From Ophelia neglecta (taxonomy: Eukaryota), in assembly GCA_965285935.1 (NCBI GenBank), contig OZ260667.1, positions 28,830,001-28,894,000 on the forward strand: 64,000 nt of DNA, read 5' to 3'. A program made the position numbers and the translations under genes. Below, piece by piece: positions 54,453 through 64,000 of this stretch. Every line of letters begins with the position of its first letter. The stretch's first letter is position 1. Below the pieces are notes generated by a model. The model was not told the origin of the DNA. It was given only the letters and a program-made list of their open reading frames with translations, and searched no databases.

Positions 54453-54722
54453 ATTCTTTCACCCTGATTGTGTTTTCCTGCAGGGTATCCCATCACGTTA
54501 CTTCAGTGGACTATTCTTGATCACTCATTGTGTTTGCCTGCCGGGTATCTTTCCGTTGTTCTTGTGGACTATTCTTTATCACTGATTGGTTGCCTGTAGG
54601 TATGCTCCCGTTACTTCAGTGAACTATTCTTGATCACTGTTGTGTTTGCCGGCCGGGTATCACATGCCGTTACTTCAGTGAACTATTCTTGATCACTGTT
54701 GTGTTTGCCGGCCGGGTATCCC
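54453..54722 (+). repeat. Minisatellite, ~56-60-bp unit x ~4.5
   Basis: Unit approximately attcttgatcactgttgtgtttgccggccgggtatcacatgccgttacttcagtgaact. The last two copies are nearly identical; the first three are diverged. Confidence 0.93.
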
Positions 54723-57659
54723 ACCTTGTTGTGTTTCCTTATTCACATATCACCCTGTATTTTTATCCATAATTATGACACCACATGATGGACCGGATTC
54801 ATACTTGTCTCGGTATAATTTTTGATCGTTTGGGCTAATCAGGTTTTTTAGGGAAGCATGTAATATGCTAACAAATAGCGAGTTAATAATATTTTATTCA
54901 AAACATTATTATTTGAAATATTGGAGTACTCAACTCACCATCTAACATTGCATATCCGAAATCACCATTTTGTTTTACTAATTGGCACACTACCTATTGT
55001 ATGCCTTGGAACTGTCATTGCTCTTTGTTACAGTCTCTCGCTTGTGTTGAGATGCATTCCTAATATCATAAATATGAGATCATCTGCGGTCACTATTAAG
55101 ACCTGATGATTGGCAAGTGATAGGATGCTGAATTATGTAAAAAAGGTGAGACATTAATCAGGTGCTTGCAATATTTAATGGCGAGGTTTCGGGGCTTTCT
55201 TTGACCTATCTGCAACCCACTCCGGTGATAGAGTGGATAGGATGCATAATTTATCCGTCGAACGCACTTACCTTAACATCCGTCTTTTACAAATGGAGCA
55301 CTGAGATGGTAATGGTACCTAATAGTGTATGCTTCCACTCACGAATGTCTGTTTGATATAATATTATAATAAGTATCGTACACATGGCACTTTCTGCAAT
55401 GATGAAGGTATGTGGAAAGCTTGCCAGAGGTTCTTCTCAGTGTGATTACCAATTGATATATTAAAAGGCTAGGTAGTGACTGCAGGTCATACTAGTGATA
55501 AGTATGTTATTCCATTTGGCCTTACACATACACTGTTCACACATAAATGACCCTCTCGTGGGTCGCTGTCTCTCCCTTCTCAGATAATTGTGAAGTTCAA
55601 TTCCGTGGAATGGTAAAGGTTCGGTAGGCATTTTTATCTTCTTGTGACGAGACTAGGCAAATATACAAATATCCATTTTATCCACTCACTGTAGATTTCT
55701 GCACTATTAATTGTCCTAATTGTATGTTTATATCGCACATTGTAAACGTTGTTTGATGCTCTCCTGAAAGCGGAGGTGAATTTAATAAATAAATAATTAT
55801 ATACATGCACCATAAACATAAAAGTCAAAAAAATTCCCAAGTGATGATAGCCCATATGCGTATATATCCTCAGTTGCCTAATTGCATTCGACGTTATATT
55901 ACACATTAACAACATTCCACAGTGGGTTCTCTTGACATTCTATACAGTAGAACCATGTCTAAGTTGCTTTCCTACAAAATCGATCTTTGATCAGGGGAAA
56001 GCTTAGTTTTTATATTACCTAGAGCCCTGTTCAATTTTGCGCTGTATACTAATGATTTGCTATTTATTCTCGTATTCCAAGGACTCTTACATTGAATTGG
56101 TGAACCAGCTATTAGCACCATGAGCATCGTGATGATATGTTTCATCCGTTTAATAAGATAAACTGCATTAGGAATATTGTATGAGAGAACGTTGGGATAT
56201 AGTCTAGAAATATCCAATACATTACCGGATTGATTGCTTAAAGTCATCAATAGGAATGATGTGATTTAGCCAAGCAATCATTTACTCATGCAACTTAAAA
56301 TCAGTGATTGATCCCATCTTTGTTAACATTTGCGTAGAATTGTGCAAAACCAGATTTAATCATATGTAAGAGTACTGAAACAATAGATATAGTGAAGAGC
56401 TTGTGGTCTACAATCATGTTAAAGTGTTTTGTTAATAATGGTTCAAGCCGTTGAGAATATGGCCGTCCACAGGATGTGGTCCCACCACTCCGACTGCAGA
56501 ATATCATCCCAACAGCCGCGCTGACGTTGAGGACTACTGCTAGTATTACAAGAGATAAATCCCGGCTTTGGCCCGATTGATCGGGCGATTACCCCCCATA
56601 GCGCAATCACTGTGAACTACTTTGATAAACATCCATCACAACCCGCTAGCCAGGGGTGCTCATTGATCTTCGCCTCGGAATCGATTGAGATGAGTGAGCG
56701 ATCGGCCCCTTTCTGTTTTTTTGTTGCTACGTTGCCAAATTTGTCGTGTTCGTTGGTCTCCTTATAAACCTATGCACACTAAGGGCGCGGTACCCCTTCA
56801 CTCCTTAGCTCACCGTCCTGTGTTTAATGCCATCATGTTTTGATTTATGACTGGCAGTGTTATCATGACATGTTGTCTAAATTGCATTTGGTGCATCAGT
56901 GCCCCCTCGTTGAGTGGTAATTGACAGAGAATCGGTTCAACCACCATCAAAGTACAAATATGAAAAAAACTTCTCATCACACAATATAACTTCTTCTCAC
57001 TCTGTATTTCCGACCATAAAGTTGCTTGTTAGTCCCTAGACTGTTCTTATTCAATCAGTCAGCACAATGGAATGGATTCTCATATTTCCAGATTGTTTCC
57101 TTTCCAGACAGTTCGGATACATTCAAGCGAAAACCAATTCTCTAAGACTACAATTATTGTCCTTAGTCAGGCAGCACGTTTGGTGTTTTTTCCTCATTAA
57201 ATTTACAGGCATAAGAGAAGAATCAATGCTAGATAAGCACCGTTCAACTAGTTTACGAAGTCGCGAAAGGTTCACATAACTATAATATATGATACTTTAT
57301 TATATACATAAAGTGTGCGTGCCCTTTTGTACATTGCTACAGATATGAGAGGGCGTTGTACTTTATGTCTTACCACATATAACGAGATCGACAGAGCCCG
57401 TTCAACCAGACAAGTCACAACAGGAAAAGTCCTTGGTACAATGGGCCAAGAGGTAATGCGGTGAAACGATTGGCTTGACCTTTAATTGAGATATGCCGGC
57501 ACGTTGGCTTCACTTCCTGGTATGCCAGTAAAAAAACTGTACGTTTTATCCAGAGCCCGACTAGCACTGTGTTTATAGTTGGAGATTTCATTTTTCACCT
57601 GGATATCCCAGAGGACAATCATACCGAACAATTCTCCAATTCTTCCATCTGGATGTTCT

Positions 57660-58760
57660 ATGACATCTGACTTGCTGAATACTCTGAACTCCACTGTAGT
57701 GGCAACTCCTTACTCACACACTCCTCTGTATTCGTGGACCCTATCTGTACGCCCTCAGCAGCCCTGGTTTATTGATGATTTGCCTCATCTGAAGCTGGAA
57801 AAGCATAAACTGGGGGGGGGGGGGGTCCCTCAGGGATTCGTCCTCGGGCCCGTATATTCATTGATACATATGCTGCGCCTGGAACTCCTCACCCCCCCCC
57901 CCCATGGGTCCATCGGTTTAGCCTGAATATCTATGCAAATTATTCAACTTTTTCTGGTGTTGAAGCGCTTGACTCCTGAGTCTAGTGGACATGGTATCTC
58001 AGGCATTGCACTTTGTTTTGTCGATGCCCAGAAGTTTTTGACCAACAACTTTCTAAAGCTTATCTCTGTTAAGACCGAGATCGAAACCTTGGGAAAGAAA
58101 CATCAACTGGCTAAATGCAATGTGCCCTCAATTCCACTGGGGGGGGGGAGGGGGCACGACAGTCGTTGCTCAAACTAAGCCACTCAGTAACCTTGGAGTT
58201 ATGTTTCTAAATCTCTAGCCATGGATGCTCAGGTGTCGAGTGTCAACCAAATTCCACCTTGGCAACATCAAGCGTATCCCAAAATTATTAGACGTCGAAA
58301 CCACCAAAAGACTTTTCATTACCCTTGTTATGTCTCGACTACTGCAATTCTATTTTGAGTGGTATTTCCCTGAAATTATTTGTCAGACTTCAGCGAGTCC
58401 AGGACTGCACAGTAGGAGAGATTGGATAAAACCTCTTCTGCTCGAGCTGCACTGGCTCCCTGTGCCCTTTCGGCTCAAGTACAAAACGGTCTTTCTTATA
58501 TTCAAGGCACTGCATGGCCTGTCTCCGAACTTCTTGGAGATTACAAACCTTATAGGTTACCTATGTCTGATTCAGAACATCTTCTCAGTGTAGCTAGGTC
58601 GAGACTGGCCACTGCTGGGGATAGAGCTTACTCTATATGGACCTAAGATCTGAAACCAATTGCCAAGCAGCCTAGAATTTATCGAGTCATTCTAATCCTT
58701 TAAATCCAGGCTAAGCACTCATTTTTCCAGGCTTGGTTTTAATTGCTGATTGGTCGGAAA
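57660..58760 (+). mobile_element. Decayed, internally deleted L2/CR1-group LINE ORF2 (linker, RT core, C-terminus)
   Basis: VRPQQPWFIDDL..LK.EK.KL, GVPQGFVLGP (RT motif GVPQGSVLGP), IYA..QLFL (YADD region), NNFLKL...KTE, NLGV, FHLGNIKRI, LVMSRL, RRDWIKPLLLELHWLPVPFRLKYK...FKALHGLSP, TAGDRAYS. Confidence 0.93.
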
Positions 58761-61700
58761 AAACTGTGTGGTATTATTTTTACATATCTAACTTTTTAAA
58801 TTCGCTTTATTTAATTACACTATTATTTTTACCATGATGTACTTTGGAAGTAATAGGGGTGTCACGTCAGCTAGGTTTAATTTATCTGATCCAGGTTAGT
58901 GCTCGTTACTGCATTACATGCCAAGGTCTATCTCAGAGGAGTCTGCACTTGAAAGGCAGGCTGCTTACAGGTCTAAATCCTCGTGGTAAGAGTAATCTGG
59001 ATGAATCCAAACAAATTGTTATTTAATCAATAGCAGTGTGGCATTGATTCTTTATGACCTGATAGACCCATGTACAAATTGTGTAAAATGCGAAGGTTAA
59101 GACTCGGCACTTTGTACATTTCTGATTGGTTCCATCAGTTTGCACATTGATCAGTTGGGCCAGTGTACTTCAAGCTGGTCTGTCTGCCATCTTCACTAGT
59201 CTATGGTGAGAACAGCTACTCGTCATCTATGGCGCTGATCTGACATTTGAAGAACATACATCCAAATATTACTTATTATGAGCAATCACTTATGTGTGTA
59301 GGGCGTGCCCAGCCTAGTTCACCAAAACAATGTCTTTGCGGTTGCAAGGCATATGTGTTCATACCACGCCTACAAAATTTCATTATAAATAGCAATCTTT
59401 ATAACATATTAACTCAAATTTTGACAAAATCAGATTATGCCTTATTAACCCAAATAAATTATAGATATGGGCAGGTAATTGACACCCATAAAACTGTATA
59501 ACGTTATATTCAATTAATATTGTTTGAATCACAAGTTGACATGTAAAGCAGCAAGAACTTTTTCCCGAGTCTCCCCAGCCATGAGTGTTGTGTCGACGTC
59601 GTATTATATGGGACGATATCTCAATTTAACAGAGTTGTGGAGTCCAAGAATGGAAACGCTGATATTACCGACGATAAAACCTTGGCGCTATGCCTAATCT
59701 GATCAGACAATATATCAAGAGCTATCTGTCAAAGGTGGAATCATCAGCCTAAAACATTGTTAGCGTCAAACTGGTGTTACTAGTCCTGACACGGCGCTGG
59801 CTGGTACTTAAACCAAACTGAACAGATGTGTTATTCCTTGAATTGTTTATGACCGAAACAAACCATGTTAACAATGTGATTTATTATGTCGTGTAATTTA
59901 TGCTCAACCTGTTGTATGAAGCAAATAAGACGCCAAGCAATCGATTCCGCGATAAAAATATGTAGCATTTTCCTTTGGTCAAACAGCAAAATGTTGAATG
60001 TTATGACCTAAATTAAATTGTGTTCTATAAAAACAGGTTTTCAAATGATGTACTTTATTTCTAAATTTCTTTGCACTTTGCCCGGGGAATTACATTTCTG
60101 TCGTTTTAAAAATACGCTAACATTTAATGATGTTGTTGTTTGTGTGATTGGCCCATTTTGTAATAACACTCCTGAGCAACAGTGACATTTACCGTGCTAT
60201 ATGTTTTTATAGGTTATGTTGTATGGCTTACTGTTTCTTTCTTGTCATACACATACCACCCTCGTAAATTGGCACTTGGAGCTTTTTCTCAGGAGATGTA
60301 TTTGCCTCTTACCTTATTTGCGTCCATTTTAAACTCCTCGTGGATGCATTCTACAGATATAGCAAAAAAAGATCCAATGTGAAACGTTTCAGCTAAAAGC
60401 AGACCAGACTTCTGCTCCTTCGCCTACAACATGTATCTTGACTTCAGTTGGGGAAAGTAAATGGCCAAATTAAGAAAGTGGTGCGCCGCGGGCTATTGCT
60501 GAAATTGGAGCTTTTTCTTAAGCTTTCATGTTTATGTAGTCTTATAATGCTGCCATATGCTGTTTGAAAGTCTTGAGCAAGGAAGTGGAATAATTGAATA
60601 CTTCGAAGCATTCATCTTTCACAAAACCATTCCAGTCTGTCTGAAGTATAAACTATATCAATTACCATTAAAAGAGAATTATGCGAGTATCCATCTTTTT
60701 CTGTCCCTTAAAAAACTACCCTTAAAGCAACTTATATTGCCAAATCTAATATCACATTAGGTCGGTGTTGATGAAGACTCAGACGACGGGTGAGAGGGCA
60801 CATCTTAGCAGACGTCAGGCAGACGATGTTATTACGTTCCAAGGTTAATGGCGTCGGATGATCTGCTCAGGTAAACGCCAAGCGGCTAAAGCTTTCATCA
60901 GATTAACCGTGCCGCAGTTGGCTAGATTTCTGTTTCCTTGGTACCCGTTTCATCCTGTCTTCTGTAATAGTCACAGCCAATGCTCCGAAGACAAATTTAA
61001 TCAAGGTTCGGTGTTCATTGACTTCACCGTACCACGCCATCTGCGCGTAACTTGAGGTTCTCATTCACACCAAGCGCTAATCTACCCGGAGCAATATTCA
61101 TCGACTCAGAAGAATTGCCAAACTCGATAGAGACTATAGTTAAAATATTTACACACTAAGACTGGAATAAGTAAACAAATACCAGAGAGATGTTAAAGGC
61201 ATTTTCTGATCTTCCTGCGTGAGCTAAATACTTCCTATATTGTGGATGGTCATCATACTCGACTGGCAACGCCTACACAAATTACAAATGTCATGATTCC
61301 TATAGACAGGATGCACATATAATCCACTGTGAAGCTATATATCATTTTTATACGAGGAAAGGAACCACTCGTGCACGCCGTAGTAGTATTAATTTCGATT
61401 ATTTACATAACTCGGTGTCATAAATCTCATACTATATCTTGTTTTTTTATTGCAAAGGCCAATGAATACTCCTACATCACTGGTGTAAACACTTATTAGG
61501 GTGTTGTGATGACGGCGAAAGCGAAAGCTGTGGCTAGAGCAGCATGTCCTATTAATATCAACTAATACGAACTTAATGTTAACCTTTATCTTGACCAATA
61601 TATAAACTAAATTATAACCTGGGATGCATGGGTTAGGTTAGGGTTTTGCAGTCACTGATGTATTGCAACATTTAACTACCAGTGCTGCTTTCGGTAAAGT

Positions 61701-62470
61701 CTTTGCTTTCGCCGTTTTCAAAAAGCCTTTATTGTGGCTGTGCAGGAGGAATCCGTCTATCGCCATAGCTGGGGTATCTTGCCCAGCTACAGGCTGTTTC
61801 ATAATTTTAACACCAGGTTTATGCCAGGTAAGGCGGTTGGCGGGTTCTAACTTGAATACTTTGACTTTTTCAAAGGTCGATACCAAATTGTAAGCCCATT
61901 CATATAAGCTCAGTTCAGAAATCTGTAACTGTTACAGTACGTTTTCTGTTAATGGTGACTGGTTAACTAGCATGTGTATAGAACTTAGGTAAAAACCAGA
62001 AAGGTTATTCCTGTACGTATCATGGTATATAGTATTCATAAGCAGTGACTTTTATTACCACTTATAGACAGATATCAGCTAGCAGACATGGACACCGATT
62101 CATATCTGCAGACACCGTCATTGGCCGGTACGTGTAATCTGCTGCATGTGTTGAGTACATCAATGCAACTCGTCAGCCCTAGGAAGATATACATGTACTA
62201 TATGAAAGAGGATCAAATGTGTAATCCCCGAGCTCGTTTGTCTTACTCTTTCCTCTACTAATACAGGAAAAACTGCCTTAAAAACCAGCACTATATTAAC
62301 CATACCTGTCAATTCAGCCCACCATTATGAGTAAAAAAATTAAAATGTAAAATAACCTGTCCAAACAGACCACCGCCGTTATGAGACCAGTATTCCCAGT
62401 CCCTATGGTCATATTGGTTCACATCTTTTGCTGTATATGGTTTCTCACATCTTTGACAGGAGCTTCTTTG

Positions 62471-62503
62471 TTATATATATATTTATATATATATATATAT
62501 ATA
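62471..62503. repeat. Interrupted (TA)n microsatellite
   Basis: Directly visible. Confidence 0.9.
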
Positions 62504-62809
62504 TTTGTTCCGTTTAGGTCTCTGCATGTTAACTCACCAAAGCAAGCATTGTTTGGTGGATCTTTCGATTAAAGAACTTCTGTAAAACAATGCACACACA
62601 GGCTTCAATCTGTAGCCAGAACAGCAATTTCAAAAACATATCCAGAGCAATGCATATCTAATAACAAGTCGCATAACGTTGGATTTTATTCATAATTTGA
62701 TGTTAGGACGTCGTTTTTATTTGCAATCATACATGTTATTGCCTATAAACCACGGTAGTGTCGTGTCGAGGTTTAGGCCTGAACACTGGAGAAAAAGTGA
62801 CGTACTTAG

Positions 62810-63016
62810 ATATTGAGCTGTTTTCACCCCATCCCCCTTCCTCCAGCCACCGCACCTGACCCTATATTGAGCTGGGTTCGCCCCTCCCCCCCCCCTCTTC
62901 CTGCAGCCACCGCCCCCACCCCTATATTGAGCTGGGTTCGTCCCTCCCCCCCTTCCTGCAGCCACCGCCCCCACCCCGATATTGAGCTTGGTTCGCCCCC
63001 CCCCCACCCCCACCCG
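62810..63016. repeat. C-rich minisatellite, ~54-60-bp unit x ~3.6
   Basis: Units start atattgagct at 62810, 62864, 62924 and 62979. Core gggttcgcccc...cttcctgcagccaccgcccccacccc. Explains the Gly-rich and Pro-rich ORFs here. Confidence 0.93.
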
Positions 63017-64000
63017 AAGGTAGGGTTCTTTCATATATGGCTAAGGTAAGTATGCTCTGAGGTAAAGCGTTTCTTTTTCATTACGATGCTATCAAATGGG
63101 TTCCTTTTTCACAAATATGCAACCAAATGGGTCATCATCACATTTGTGGGCCTATCAATAGAGACTTATTATCTCCTTGATATATATGCTATATCGATCA
63201 TCCCGATATATTGTAAAATCTACCTACTGGTAAGTGTAAGTGTTACCTACTAGGAGAGGGTTGCTTTTTTGAAAATATTCTATCGTTTTATGGATTTCCT
63301 ACCATAACGACCCCTTTTTTAATGCTGCGGGAGCCATTCCACCCTAGAATATAGGAAGGGGGGGGGGGGGGGAGGAGGCGGTCATTTTTTGACATGGGCA
63401 TATCCTTTGATAGTTTACAACTTCAATATATATATAGTAATCGTTTTGGAACAAGGTGCCACGCTTCTCATTCCTGCCCTTGGCAATTAGTAAGGAAGAA
63501 CCAGCTGCCCTACTACCAAGTATACTAAGTAACAACATTAAACACCAAACAGTTGCTCTTTGTACATGAAGTTACTCTTTAATTAGTCACCGACTCTAGG
63601 TTTTCCCTTTTAAGTCACTGCCCTCACTCATTACATACATTAGGACACATCATGGAGACATTGAGTATGATGTTGATTATAGGTTATTATGACTAGGTCG
63701 ATTATATATGATTATAGTGAAAAGGGGTTCTATACCTCACCCATTGAGATCACATTACCCCGTATGGTATATTTAAATGTAATCTCCTTTGGTCTCAGCT
63801 TGCAATATTGGCTATATATTTCTGGCACAATTTATGTCTAAGAAGATCTTTGATCCATATCATACATGCCCATTTCTTAGGCTTTGAATGAACATATCAA
63901 ATCATATAAACAATCTGTTCAAGAAACCTAATTTGGGGTGTTATCACCTATCTATACTTTTTATATTCCCTATCGGTGTGTTTAGAATTCCCACTCTAAA

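Larger units (their letters stand above)
1240..64000 (+). other. Probable KCNQ intron 1 (>62 kb, runs off the window)
   Basis: No recognisable S1-S2 KCNQ exon found downstream by eye. Sequence is AT-rich and repeat-laden, without long credible ORFs. Confidence 0.7.

Noticed and set aside
54453-54722. CRISPR-like array
   Set aside because: Whole units repeat with no unique spacers, there are no cas genes, and the context is eukaryotic; this is a minisatellite.
60182-60382. Hydrophobic ORFs (also 9111, 54921, 62381) as KCNQ exon 2
   Set aside because: None gives the FLxVFxCLxLSVFST pattern in the frame required after a phase-2 acceptor.
62717-63049. Gly-rich and Pro-rich repetitive proteins
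   Set aside because: Translations of the C-rich minisatellite.
63042-63235. Two consensus donors (AAG|GTAAGT, CTG|GTAAGT)
   Set aside because: No matching upstream acceptor or KCNQ-like reading frame; isolated donors are common by chance.

Overview
Eukaryotic (invertebrate animal-like, AT-rich, CpG not obviously depleted) genomic DNA, not prokaryotic. The only host protein-coding sequence I can support is the first coding exon (812-1239, +) of a KCNQ2-5/KCNQ5-like (Kv7, M-type) voltage-gated potassium channel. It ends at a phase-2 GT donor in the position I recall for vertebrate KCNQ genes. I could not find the next exon (FLxVFxCLxLSVFST-type S1 segment) by eye, so the remaining ~62.7 kb appears to be one giant first intron. 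That intron contains decayed transposon remnants (several L2/CR1-group LINE pieces, an L1/Tx1 RT piece, a Gypsy RT piece, MITEs, possible tRNA-derived SINEs), minisatellites, microsatellites and poly-G/C tracts. Most listed ORFs are spurious or TE debris. The most notable non-coding signals are a candidate recursive splice site at 11163/11164, a 98-bp loopless palindrome inside a LINE 3' UTR, inverted repeat pairs able to form intronic dsRNA, and a minisatellite carrying a candidate poison exon. All homology calls come from motif recall, not database searches. I see no firm evidence of a wholly new biological system.
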